Positions 20,990 to 31,871 of a stretch of DNA of 64,000 nucleotides are shown here, piece by piece. Under the pieces are notes generated by a model, which saw only the letters and a program-made list of their open reading frames with translations, made no database searches and was not told the origin of the DNA. Both the position numbers and the translations under genes were made by a program. The DNA is from a virus (taxonomy: Duplodnaviria; Caudoviricetes). The stretch spans positions 27,076 through 91,075 of IMG/VR virus record IMGVR_UViG_3300037067_009374; one strand, 5' to 3'. Position 1 is the first letter of the stretch, and every line of letters starts with the position of its first letter.

Positions 20990-21643
20990 TTACTCTAAAT
21001 TTAAAAACTTGTGAAGTTGTACATTTATGTAAGCATCACCAAAACCAATTGTTGATAAGTCGTTTATCAACAATTGAATATTACTTGCAAATCTACTACC
21101 TCTCAACGGGGAGAATGCAAACCTAACAAGCTTATTTGATAGCCTTATTATGTTTGCAAAATCTACAGCTACTTGGTAATCAAAGTTATCTTTTATGACA
21201 AACTTGATGAAGTCACATTTCCTTAAACTTTTAAAAGCATCCATAATCATATGATGTTCCATATCTGAAGATGGAAGTTTATAATCTACAATAAATGATC
21301 CAACTGAATTACCAAATGGTACAATTGATCCATTTGTTTCAATAGAAACATCTATTTCCTCTTGATATAATCTGCTTGTCAATTCGAATACATTATCTTG
21401 AAGTAATGGCTCACCACCAGTTATTGTAACTTTATTGACTTTTCTGTTTTTAATTTTTTCCATTATACTATCAATGGACATAGTTATACCATTTTTTGAA
21501 TCTCTGGCTGTAGGAGAATCGCAATAAGTGCAAGAGAGATAACAACCCGCAAGGCGAATAAATGTAGACAATCTCCCTTGACCAAAAGCAGATACTTCAC
21601 CATCTATAGAAGTAAATATAGAATGAACATTCAAAGTTTTCAT
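20990..21643 (-). CDS. queE: 7-carboxy-7-deazaguanine synthase (radical SAM)
   Basis: IF.SIDGE, FIRLAGCYLSCTYCD, ITGGEPLLQ, IETNG, QLHK. Confidence 0.95.
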   Translation of the reverse strand: MKTLNVHSIFTSIDGEVSAFGQGRLSTFIRLAGCYLSCTYCDSPTARDSKNGITMSIDSIMEKIKNRKVNKVTITGGEPLLQDNVFELTSRLYQEEIDVSIETNGSIVPFGNSVGSFIVDYKLPSSDMEHHMIMDAFKSLRKCDFIKFVIKDNFDYQVAVDFANIIRLSNKLVRFAFSPLRGSRFASNIQLLINDLSTIGFGDAYINVQLHKFLNLE

Positions 21644-22011
21644 TTAAGTAAACCTTCCCTTTCCCATGATGCAGAGCAATTACTTGTTTCGAATAGTACT
21701 ACTTTCATAAGACCAATTGATATTTCTTCGAAAAGGGAAAAAAGTTCATTTACTATCCACACTACTATTCTTTCTGCTGTAGGGACAGGAAAAATGTCAT
21801 TTAGATATTTATGATCTAAAACAACAAGGATATTTTTTTGAACAATATCCTTAAATTCAGAAAAATCTAGTACCATTCCATCTGGTAATACTGTTCCGGA
21901 AATTGATACCTCGAGTTTATAAGAATGTCCATGAATGTTAGCACATTTTCCTGGATGATTTTCTAGCTTATGTGCTGCTTCAAACTCAAAGTGTCTTGTA
22001 ATTGTTATCAT
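21640..22011 (-). CDS. queD: 6-carboxy-tetrahydropterin synthase
   Basis: FEAAH, C..IHGHSY, GMVLDF, LDHKYLN, PTAE, ET. Confidence 0.95.
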   Translation of the reverse strand: MITITRHFEFEAAHKLENHPGKCANIHGHSYKLEVSISGTVLPDGMVLDFSEFKDIVQKNILVVLDHKYLNDIFPVPTAERIVVWIVNELFSLFEEISIGLMKVVLFETSNCSASWEREGLLK

Positions 22012-22208
22012 ATATTTGTCCTTCCAATTTGGAAAGCATCACTAGCAATACAACTCTTATTACTTTCCTCTCTAAATTCAAAAAATTCTTGCTTTACTTC
22101 AGCAGGCCAATCTTTGAAAGGTCCCCATTCAATAAAAAGCTTTTTCCTCTCTTCAATGATCTTTTCTACATTCCCGCATAAACACATAATTTTCCCCTTT
22201 CTTGATGA

Positions 22209-22964
22209 TTAGAAGTTATTAATAACATAAAATATCCGTGCCCCAAAGATTAATTGGCTTCCACTGGTATAGTGTACGTTGTCAAGATATCTAGTAAGTC
22301 CTGAATTAGACACGATACGACATTGTTCATCCTCCTTACAGAAATCTTCTTGTGCTTGAGCTACATTAAAAACATATGTGTATGGAACTTCAAACACATC
22401 AGTTGGCACAATGAGTATCGGGATAGTTGTCCCCAAATGCCCACGTATGCCCGCTACCATATCTTGAAGATTGTCCTTGTAAGCCACTGCTTTGTTTACA
22501 TCTACAGTGTCTCCTTCCCCTTGCAACCATATAAAAGCTTTGTAGGTAACTTCTCGTTGACCTACTACCCAGTCGATAATAGCTAACAGTCTATCATAGT
22601 ACACGCAATCCCTACACCACTGTTCTGCAAGGTTGGTCCCCCCCATACTTAACCGTATAACTATGTGGTCATCATTTGGGTAATTCACACCGAGTTGATA
22701 AGCTAGTAGAACCTCGGGTCCAAAATTTTGTTGGTTTGCAAAGTTATAATATCGACTTATCCAACTGAAGTTGGGATAATCGGATTCTACCCAGTATTCC
22801 ACATTATCGGGCACATTCTGACACCAGCCAGGAACATCCGCAGGGGAACCAGACATGGTATTGCTCTGCCCAGCTATTATCCACACCTTTGTTGCCGCGA
22901 TACCAGTAGTAGGTATCATGAGCAACACTAACACATAAATTATCATCCTGCTTATGGTCTTCAT
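22209..22964 (-). CDS. Secreted SGNH/SASA (sialate O-acetylesterase-like) esterase
   Basis: Signal peptide from ATG 22964 (SD AGGAG); AGQSN, FGPE, GGTNL, WLQGEGD, DNVHY. Confidence 0.82.
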   Translation of the reverse strand: MKTISRMIIYVLVLLMIPTTGIAATKVWIIAGQSNTMSGSPADVPGWCQNVPDNVEYWVESDYPNFSWISRYYNFANQQNFGPEVLLAYQLGVNYPNDDHIVIRLSMGGTNLAEQWCRDCVYYDRLLAIIDWVVGQREVTYKAFIWLQGEGDTVDVNKAVAYKDNLQDMVAGIRGHLGTTIPILIVPTDVFEVPYTYVFNVAQAQEDFCKEDEQCRIVSNSGLTRYLDNVHYTSGSQLIFGARIFYVINNF

Positions 22965-22965
22965 T

Positions 22966-23592
22966 TTATCTCTCCTTTTTATTGCAAAATTCCTCGGGTT
23001 CGTCCGGCACGATTCGGACCTTCGCGGCTTGTGACTTAAGTGAATCCCACACTTCGTCCTCATTTACAGATTCAGCCTTGATATATATTCCACCACGCGT
23101 CATCAATACGAACAGATGTCGCTTCCCGTTTTGTCGGTAGTGATTTATGCATCCTACATCCCAGTCTTGCAGACTGGGTGAGTTCCACGCATCAAGCCTG
23201 CCCTGGAGCGCGGCAAGTTCGGCTTCAACCTTCTCCTTCGCCAGCTTACTCTGCCCGGCGTGGTGAAGAAACTGCTCGTTCTCGTACCCGCAGCACTCAA
23301 GCTTGTGCTGGGTATCGGCGAGTTCCTGTTTCGCGGCTTCATGGGCGGTACGTTCGGCGATTAATTCGCCTTCGCATTCCACTGCAAGAACTTGTTCAGC
23401 CTTAAACCATCGCCAGTTATCATCCGCTCTTGCGTTTGCCTCGTCCCGTTCGCGGGTGAAAGCAGCGAGTTGGTTGTGGAGACGGCGGATCTCGGCCACA
23501 ACCTCCTTGAACTGGGACGCCCACGGTTCATAGTGGTAGCCGAAGTTTTCGCAAATTTGCTGCAATCTCGCTTCATCCATCGGTTCAGGCAT
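22966..23592 (-). CDS. Hypothetical coiled-coil protein in a GC-rich patch
   Basis: Intact ORF with SD; visibly GC-richer than its flanks. Confidence 0.65.
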   Translation of the reverse strand: MPEPMDEARLQQICENFGYHYEPWASQFKEVVAEIRRLHNQLAAFTRERDEANARADDNWRWFKAEQVLAVECEGELIAERTAHEAAKQELADTQHKLECCGYENEQFLHHAGQSKLAKEKVEAELAALQGRLDAWNSPSLQDWDVGCINHYRQNGKRHLFVLMTRGGIYIKAESVNEDEVWDSLKSQAAKVRIVPDEPEEFCNKKER

Positions 23593-23593
23593 C

Positions 23594-25123
23594 TCATTTC
23601 CCTCCTCTTACAATCATCGAATCAAGGTTAACTTGTCCAATATTCAAATTTTGCAATACGTAACAATCATCCTCTTCATCATAATAATCGTGTCGATGAA
23701 TAATTGTACCAACTCTAATAATTCCCAATCTTTTATCCTCTGCTGTTTGATTAATTGTTATGCCTGCATCTACATGTCCAAGTATAGCTCTGGCACGACC
23801 TATATTATCTTGCTTTAATTTTGGTAGATATAAAGCGTTGCTTGTGATCTGAGATGGTGCAATAAGCAGATAATTCTTTTCTGATGCTCTACCAACTATC
23901 TGCATCCATGTTTCATTTATTGATTCCCAGTCTTGCTTTTTATTATGAGATGGAATAGTTATTTCAGGATAATCCCAAATAAGCACTCTATATTTAAATC
24001 CAAGTACATGTTCAAGAATATCTAAATCCCTAAATGCATCATCAACAGATGCACCAAATCTAGGATAGCAGATAATTCTTAGATTATCATCCCCCATGAA
24101 CTTCCCATATTCTCTTACTTTTCCATAAACTGTATCATAAGAAAAAGATGGTCTTTCATATGATTCATACCAGTGTGCTCTTTCATAAGCTCTTGGATCA
24201 TTTGTTCTACACCATGTACATTTACGATAAGGAAGATCAGGGGAATATTGAGGAATATTCCCCTCTTCATTCAACAATGTATGGGCATTAGTTCTTTCTG
24301 CTCTATTGCACAAACCATTTTGATTTAGCTTGCAATCAAAAGAAGGGTAAACAAATACTCCCCCTTCTTTATCACCTGCTATAATTCTTTTATACAACCT
24401 TTTATTCATGTCCCTTTTTTTCATTTCAAAAGACATTACAGCAGTAGGAATATTTTGAGAGGAAGTAATAAAAGCAAACTCATTACAAAGATTAGTTTTA
24501 CCTTTCTTGTAACCTGCTGCTACAAGAATAGACCATCCGAAATCAAGTCCCCCTATAAATTCACCAAGATCACCTGGTAACTTAACTGGTCTATCTTCTC
24601 GTTCAAAAGCATCTACAATTTGAGAAGGATCAAAAGGATTGTACCAACCCGAAGATATTTTACTTATCTTTTTAACACCATTTATTTCTGCATCTGCATC
24701 TTCAACTCTATCCTGATCACAGTAAGCAAGAGCATTTTTTGCCCTTATTTCGATCTCTCGCTTTTTGAAGTATCTTAGAGCTTGTGTCAGAAGATATTCT
24801 TCGTTGAAATAAACGAGGTTTTCATATTCCCTTGATATGGAAGATAAGAAGATGCTTAACAACTCAGCTTCATCTTTCCTTAGTGCTTCCTTCTTACTTT
24901 CAAAGATTTGTTGAATGTTAAGTTTTGGTGCCTCGTTATAAGCAGCATAATAATTTTCTATCCAACTTGATATTGTCTTAGCATACTCTGCTTTGAAATA
25001 AGCAGGTTCAATACAGTGTAGGGTATTTCTTAGAAAGTCTGTGCTTACAATCATACCTGTTATGATCTGTTTCTCGATTGAAGCATCTATTATATAGCGG
25101 TCTAGCCCCTCTTCGAACGCCAT
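23594..25123 (-). CDS. Replicative DnaB-like (SF4) helicase
   Basis: Walker A AAGYKKGKT, SFEM, IWDY, PSQ, HVD...INQ. Confidence 0.78.
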   Translation of the reverse strand: MAFEEGLDRYIIDASIEKQIITGMIVSTDFLRNTLHCIEPAYFKAEYAKTISSWIENYYAAYNEAPKLNIQQIFESKKEALRKDEAELLSIFLSSISREYENLVYFNEEYLLTQALRYFKKREIEIRAKNALAYCDQDRVEDADAEINGVKKISKISSGWYNPFDPSQIVDAFEREDRPVKLPGDLGEFIGGLDFGWSILVAAGYKKGKTNLCNEFAFITSSQNIPTAVMSFEMKKRDMNKRLYKRIIAGDKEGGVFVYPSFDCKLNQNGLCNRAERTNAHTLLNEEGNIPQYSPDLPYRKCTWCRTNDPRAYERAHWYESYERPSFSYDTVYGKVREYGKFMGDDNLRIICYPRFGASVDDAFRDLDILEHVLGFKYRVLIWDYPEITIPSHNKKQDWESINETWMQIVGRASEKNYLLIAPSQITSNALYLPKLKQDNIGRARAILGHVDAGITINQTAEDKRLGIIRVGTIIHRHDYYDEEDDCYVLQNLNIGQVNLDSMIVRGGK

Positions 25124-25396
25124 ATTATTTATGCTCCTTATCTGTTTGTAATTCTTTTAATTGTGTTTCAAGGGAATTACTAAGTCCTTGAACATACACA
25201 TCTGAAGATGCTTTGAGTATATCCACTACATTATTTAAAGAATAAACAAATAGATCAAAATCAACGTCACTACCACATTGATTACAATGTGGTTCTTTAG
25301 AAGAGGAATATTCTGCGATTCTCACAATATGTTTGCCTGATTTTGTTTTAGGGCACCCACTTGATCCTTCAACAATAATATCCATATTTATGCTCC

Positions 25397-26899
25397 TTAT
25401 CTGTAGATTGAGAAGTGTTCTTGTCCATTACCTTCCCCTTTCAAATAATTATTAGCAGCAAGATAAGCTGGAAGTCTTCTACTAAAAGTAAGATCAGAAC
25501 AAAAGAAACCAGGTGTTATATCTGCTATACTTGTTCGCATAGACTTGGTTTCTTGTTCAATAGCTAACCACAACAAATCAACTTGCTTATTAACATCTTT
25601 TGCAATCCCTGATACCTTTTTACTATTCACTTCAAAAAAAGTACTCAGTTTTGAGGCAGCTAATATAAACTTACTCCTCTCAGGAGTAGTTGGTTCATAT
25701 TCAAAACCTTTTAAAACTTCTTTTTTATACTTGCCTATAATCAGAGTAGTAATGTTTGGGTTGTAGTCAATTTCTTTTTCTCTTACAGGTTTAGGTTCAT
25801 TACTTAACATTGTTATGAACAGAGATTTAGATTTAGAATAGGGATTATAAAGAAAGTCGTGAATAGTTATCTTTTCAAGGTAAGATTTATTTAGGGGGTA
25901 ATAATCAGGAGACATTGATAGCTTTAATCTATTGACTGATGATATGAAGTCTGGTAGAGTATAAGATTTAACAGGAAATTCTGTGTCTTTGAAAATATTA
26001 CCGGTTATGAGATTCTTTAAAGCTTTCACTGTATAAGAAAACTGATTAGTTCCATTATGTGATACTTTAAAGCCATTAGATTCCCAAACAGCAATAAATG
26101 GTTTAATTGTTTCTGGGACAAAAGTAGTTGATGGTTTTTTATTATTTTTTGATTTTTCTGCTTGAGTTTCTTTTAGATCAGTATTACATTCGTTTATGTA
26201 AGATTTCTCCCTAGCCCCCACAGACCCCCGAACTGTTGGGGGCTTTTCTTTTTTATTTTCTTCATTTTGATTTTGGTCATCAGAGCTTTGCTTTTCAGAG
26301 TTTTTAATTCTCTTCGAGGGGAGAACGAAGTCCTTCTGGACTTCTTGTTCATTATCTTTTTTTGTCTTTATAAAAAAAGATAATGAACTTTTATTTACTT
26401 CTTCTTTCTGCTTATCTTTTTTGCTAATACCCCTTATCTTTTCTGATAACCCCCCTTCCCCATCCGCTTCATTAAATACTCCATCTTTACACTGTAAGAA
26501 TGCTTTTGATATATTATCAAGAACAACAAAATTCCCTGAGTTAATTATTTCATTTATTAAAATTACAACCTTTGAATATCTTTCATGGAAAGTATCATCA
26601 ACAAATATTTGGCGCTCTGTTTCTTGGGTTTGATTATTTTTTTGTATATATTTTATTGTGATGTATTTGAAGTCAAGGAGATTTTTAATTGATAGAGAAA
26701 CCTTAGTTGGGATTTGATTTGTAAAGTTACCTAAATAACGATTTGAAGCAAAACAACCTCTTCTACCTGATTTTGCAAGATTGTTTATAAATCCAAATAA
26801 TAGTTTCTCTGTTGAAGAGATATGAGGATTGAATAAAACTTCTCCAGGAATATAGACACCAATAAAACCAGGTCGAACTTGATTGTTTTCTTCTACCAT
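25397..26899 (-). CDS. Putative replication initiator / HTH DNA-binding protein
   Basis: N-terminal IP.EVL...EKLLFG...GCFASNRYL, typical of phage replisome-organiser wHTH domains. Confidence 0.6.
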   Translation of the reverse strand: MVEENNQVRPGFIGVYIPGEVLFNPHISSTEKLLFGFINNLAKSGRRGCFASNRYLGNFTNQIPTKVSLSIKNLLDFKYITIKYIQKNNQTQETERQIFVDDTFHERYSKVVILINEIINSGNFVVLDNISKAFLQCKDGVFNEADGEGGLSEKIRGISKKDKQKEEVNKSSLSFFIKTKKDNEQEVQKDFVLPSKRIKNSEKQSSDDQNQNEENKKEKPPTVRGSVGAREKSYINECNTDLKETQAEKSKNNKKPSTTFVPETIKPFIAVWESNGFKVSHNGTNQFSYTVKALKNLITGNIFKDTEFPVKSYTLPDFISSVNRLKLSMSPDYYPLNKSYLEKITIHDFLYNPYSKSKSLFITMLSNEPKPVREKEIDYNPNITTLIIGKYKKEVLKGFEYEPTTPERSKFILAASKLSTFFEVNSKKVSGIAKDVNKQVDLLWLAIEQETKSMRTSIADITPGFFCSDLTFSRRLPAYLAANNYLKGEGNGQEHFSIYR

Positions 26900-28128
26900 T
26901 TTCTTTTCCCTCTGGAATCTGTATTTATAGATGAGTATTTTGGAAAAGTTAACAAATTACTTGTTTGTTTCAGAGGGATTGTGTTGAATGAAACATATTT
27001 CTTATTATTCCCCCGAATAAATAGAGTAGACATTAAGCATGATACATCTTTTAAAAGAAAATTTTATAAAAAACCGTTAGAAAAATAATATCTTGATTGT
27101 GCTTATATCCCACTCAATAGAAAACATCTATTTATGTGGAATAGTTGATCTGTTGCTCTGCAAGTGGATTCATCACAGATTTTGATAGTACATTTTTTGC
27201 ATGACTTGGCCCAAACAATATTAGGGGAATGAAAAGAAATTATTTTCACCATGAAAGCAGAAGGGGTCATTAAAGTTCGGACAATTACTTTTCTTCCAAC
27301 TCTTATTTTTTCTCCACGATCATTGATTGCTTCTGTCATTTGGGATACATCAATTTCTTTCATTGAATTTCCTTCCTTGTATATTGTTTTTTCTCATAAG
27401 ATTTAAGGTCAAGCAACAAAGGTCCATCTACTATCTTAGCAAGGTTATACTGATCTTTACCAATTCTAGCCCTGATAGCAGTTTGGGATTTTTTGAGTAT
27501 TTCTGACGCCTCTTCGATAGTTACCCATGTACCAGGAGGTAATTTAGACTTATTTCTGTACAGTTTTGCTTTCGAATATATTCCCATGACCGGTTCCCTC
27601 TTTTCTTTATTAAGAATTTTTGTCCATCTTTCATATGCCCAACCTTTCTTTGGTTTTTTTGGCATACGGAAAGGTTTCTTTTTTACTATCTTTGGTTGTA
27701 TTTCCTCCTTGGACAAAGGTTTCCTTTTCGATCTTCTTATTAAAGGAAGTATGATTATAACAGGTGATTCTTGTTTAATCATTATAGGTTTTGTTTCTTC
27801 TACTTTTTTCTTCTTTAGTGGTTTTGCAGCACATTTATCATCACAATAAAACTCTTTTACATTATCTGGAGCACCTGTCACATCAAGGAACATTCCACAT
27901 CTTTTGCATAGTTCAACACGCATTTTACACCTGTTTCATATGGTCTTCAACTAAATTCATTAAGATACCTTTCGCTCCTGGGTCACATGGACAGGCTACA
28001 TGTAAGCCGTAAACTGATATTATTTCTTTGCACAGTTTATTTCCTTCTTTAGCATTTTTAATTATTTCATCTTTGTTTGCTTTAAGGTAATCATAAACTT
28101 GTTCCATTGAATTTATACAGATCATTTT

Positions 28129-29061
28129 TCACCTCCCAAATATATCCTTTCTAAGGTATTTTACTTCATCATCATTCAATTCATCAGGATCATCTTTTGG
28201 AATAGAATATCTTATCACTCGCTTTATAAGCGGAGCAAGTTGCCAAGCAAGTTTATCTGCTCTTGCTTGAGCTAAGTCACCAGCATCATAAAGAATTACA
28301 GCAGTAGTAAGTTTTTTAGCTAAAATAAGTAATTGAGCGGTAGTAAACTCTACTCCAAATGTTGCAAGAGCCCCATCACCAATACGCCATTGATCAAATG
28401 TGCCTTCAACAATTGCTCCAGTTGTCCCAGTTAAATCATCTATGCCGTAAACACATTCTTTGGAAAACATGATAGATTCAGCTTGTGACAGTGCAAGGTA
28501 TGATTCTTCTGCAAGCTCAGTAACATCTTTAGCAATAAAAGTTACCATCTTACCTTCTTGATATACAGGTATAATTATTCTGTATTTGTATTTCCCTGTA
28601 TATCCACAAGCATAAAGATCATATTTGTCGATCACATATTCTGGATCGTATCTCCTTTTCTTTAAAAAGTTTAGATGGCAATCAAGAAACTCTTTTGAAA
28701 ACTCTGGTAATATAATACTGCTATTTGGATCTTTTCTTATGATTGGTCTTTCTCTCATAAGATGAATTAATGAACGATCTTGGTACTTTTCAATGATACT
28801 TATTATTCGATCATGGCTACATCTTTCTATTATTTTGATTAGATCATAGATATTCCCTTTCTTGCCACATCTCCAACATGATATGAAGTTTCTTTGGAAA
28901 CGTGAATCGCTCATGTTTATTCCAAGGTGAGTTTCGGGGTCATCCTTACAGAATGGACAAGCCACACCTATCCAGTTAGAAGAAACATCTTTACCCTCAG
29001 TTCTGTAAGGAATTCCCCTCTTTATCAAGTATGATAAAGTATCAAAGGTTTCAATGTTCAT
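28129..29061 (-). CDS. DNA primase (Zn finger + TOPRIM)
   Basis: CPFC...CWRCG, RIIIP, VEG.FD, YD, DPDE; start probably at 29061. Confidence 0.88.
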   Translation of the reverse strand: MNIETFDTLSYLIKRGIPYRTEGKDVSSNWIGVACPFCKDDPETHLGINMSDSRFQRNFISCWRCGKKGNIYDLIKIIERCSHDRIISIIEKYQDRSLIHLMRERPIIRKDPNSSIILPEFSKEFLDCHLNFLKKRRYDPEYVIDKYDLYACGYTGKYKYRIIIPVYQEGKMVTFIAKDVTELAEESYLALSQAESIMFSKECVYGIDDLTGTTGAIVEGTFDQWRIGDGALATFGVEFTTAQLLILAKKLTTAVILYDAGDLAQARADKLAWQLAPLIKRVIRYSIPKDDPDELNDDEVKYLRKDIFGR

Positions 29062-30085
29062 CTTTAATCTTTTGGCATTTATCACATAAATCATCATGTG
29101 GTGGAATAGGTTCATTACAAATGTCACAAGGTCTACAGTGATCGTGACAATACCCAGGTATTAAATCTGGTTCATCACATCTATACTGAACACCATTTAG
29201 ATATACAATAGCTTTACATGTCATATTTATTTTATCTTCCTTTCACAGTGTGGACTCACATTAACTTCTTTTAAATACATTTCACTTACCCATAATGGGT
29301 ATTGTTCTGGATAAAGGCAAATTTCCATGATGTGAATGTTGTGGTTGTGTTTTTGTAAATACAAGACAGAAGCTAACCCCCCATTCTGCTTCTGTTGCCT
29401 CTTTATTATATTTCTTGATAAGTTCAGGTGTCCGCGGTTTGATATAGAATGAATTAGACTTGTGACATTGCCCACATAAACAATCAATTAGATACATCAA
29501 CTGTTCAACTGGTGGACATTTCCCTGGTTCACGATGATCCCCATATTTCATGCACAGCATTATTTTTTTATTCTCCTTTCATAAGTCAACAAAGTTTGAT
29601 CATTATTGTTTTGGTAATTAAAGTCAAAAGTAATTATTTCTTTTATTCCATTTTCTCTCCCATCTTCCCCTATAAATTGACTACATTCATCTCTTTTGTT
29701 TATTGTTTGTTTCCAATAAAAAGAGTTTCCTTTCTTTTTACACTTTTCACTAAGAAAATTGTTCAACATACGCGGTATTACTACATTTTCTTCGTTAAAT
29801 TGCCATTGACCTTTAGAATGATAAGGTGGTCCAAGCACAGTTCTGCAATATCTATCAAGATGATATTTAGCTTCCTCTTCAGTTTCGTAAGGACCACATG
29901 TATGATAAGCTTCATCATACATAAACCATTTTCCATTTTCTTTATATGGATTCTTTAAAGGCTCGTTCTTCATTTATTTTTTCCTCTCTCCTAGAAGTAT
30001 TTGTCATACATCTGCAAAGACTTATAATCATTACTCCTATAAATATACCAATAATAAGTCCGATAATGAATGTCATTTCCCCCTC

Positions 30086-30877
30086 TCAATCTATTCTCAT
30101 TAAAGCTTCAAGTTCATCAATGTCTTTTTGAGTAAGTCCTTCTCCATTATTAGCTAGAGCAAGGAATTCAACAAGCTTTGCACGGTAATCAGCATCTCTT
30201 TCATCCCAGTCAAGAAATAGTTTTAAACAATTAAACGGTGGTAACCAATAACCTTTTCGTGCATATTTCATGCATCGAAGGGTAGAAGATATAGGACAAT
30301 GAATATTTTTCAATCGAAGTATTCTTGCTCCTTCATCATGTATGAAATCAGCATCGACAAGAGCAAGAGTATGGTCAAGTAATCCTGCTCTTATCACTGT
30401 AAAATCAAAGTTAGTAAGTATTTCTTCCATTGAGCCGAATGATACTACTCTACCTTCTTTCAAAGGTTTTATCAATTGTATTGGGGGTGAAGCAAAGAAA
30501 GGATGATCTGAACTTGTTGGTCTTTGGTAGGTGATTGAAATATCATTTTCATGTTTTATGGTTAGAGCAATGTCAGTTCTTTTGAAAAGTTTTTTTACTT
30601 TTTCAAATACCTCTTCATTCATGCAGTAAATATCAACATCACTTGCTGGGGATGGATCGTGTCTTGGTGAGCACATGTAACGAACATATCCGCCACAAAT
30701 AAAAGCATCTCTCTTAATTTCTTTCTTTAGTTCATTGTGGAGTTGTTCAATCTCTGTAAATCCTCTGAATACTAGAACTTTTTCAAATCCTTCTTTTGAT
30801 ACATATTTAGGTTTCTTTCTTTCTTCTTTTTCTGGCTCTTCTGATGGAGTAAGTTCAGTGTCATTAAGATTGGTCAT
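30086..30877 (-). CDS. Pol-beta-superfamily nucleotidyltransferase (CCA/poly(A) polymerase head-like)
   Basis: FICGGYVR...DVDIY...FDFT...R..KY. Confidence 0.7.
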   Translation of the reverse strand: MTNLNDTELTPSEEPEKEERKKPKYVSKEGFEKVLVFRGFTEIEQLHNELKKEIKRDAFICGGYVRYMCSPRHDPSPASDVDIYCMNEEVFEKVKKLFKRTDIALTIKHENDISITYQRPTSSDHPFFASPPIQLIKPLKEGRVVSFGSMEEILTNFDFTVIRAGLLDHTLALVDADFIHDEGARILRLKNIHCPISSTLRCMKYARKGYWLPPFNCLKLFLDWDERDADYRAKLVEFLALANNGEGLTQKDIDELEALMRID

Positions 30878-31295
30878 GCTTTTTCTCCTCTTCAATTTCT
30901 TGTTTAATTGCAATTTTTACTTTGGATTCAATGTCATCATAAATCTTTCGAGCTAATTGGTTCCTCCAACTTGTTCTTGTCCATGTTTGTACATTCGTTA
31001 TAATACCAATGTATTTTTTAATTACTTTCAAGGTCAATAGAGATTTTTTGTTCCCACTTTCATATGTTCTAAAAAAGAAAGGTCCAAAATGAGATTCGTA
31101 AATACAGAGTCTTTCATAGAACTCCATATAATTTGTAGCAGTTATTCCTCTCATTTTAACTGCCAAACAAGCTTGTATCACACCTGTTGTAACTTCTTTT
31201 AATTTACCTTTACCATTGTACAGTTTTTTGTAGTTGTTAACTTTTTGTAGATTCCAACTAAGAGACATAATTACACCTCATAACTTTTCTATCTT

Positions 31296-31712
31296 TTATT
31301 TCCATAATTCTGCATGTTTTTTGATTAGTTTGATCACTGTTAAATATTCATGGTAATTTTTGTCATCTTTAGATTTTTTTCTTAAAGCTTTTTTAAATTC
31401 AGATAAAGTATTTTTGAAACACCCTGTTTGTATTACAATTTCCTTCTCTGTAAAGAATGCAATTAAGTTATCTTGTCTGGAACCTATTGGATTTATTTGT
31501 AATATAGGTCTATTTGTTTTTAATTTTCCAAATTTTCCTAAATCAGCCCATCGCAAATCCGCTCCTTGCAAATCCACTCTTTGCAAATTAGCTCCTTGCA
31601 AATTAGCCTCTCGCAGATCAGCCTCTCGCAGATTAGCCCCTTCACCATCTTCTTTACCATTCAACCAAAGTTCATGCTTCCTCAATACTTCTTGTAATTC
31701 TTCTACTTTCAT
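31296..31712 (-). CDS. Pentapeptide-repeat protein
   Basis: ANLRE/ADLRE/ANLQG repeats; C-terminal TGCF motif. Confidence 0.88.
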   Translation of the reverse strand: MKVEELQEVLRKHELWLNGKEDGEGANLREADLREANLQGANLQRVDLQGADLRWADLGKFGKLKTNRPILQINPIGSRQDNLIAFFTEKEIVIQTGCFKNTLSEFKKALRKKSKDDKNYHEYLTVIKLIKKHAELWK

Positions 31713-31871
31713 TTTTTCTCCTTTTAAAATTAGATTTTATAGCATAGATATGTTAACAATGTACCACTACACAAAAATACAAAAGCTTGTATTAAATAAC
31801 CTTGATTAGAGAAAGGTAATGATATAACAATAGCTATAATTAAGATTATGAAATGTATTATTGTTTTCATA

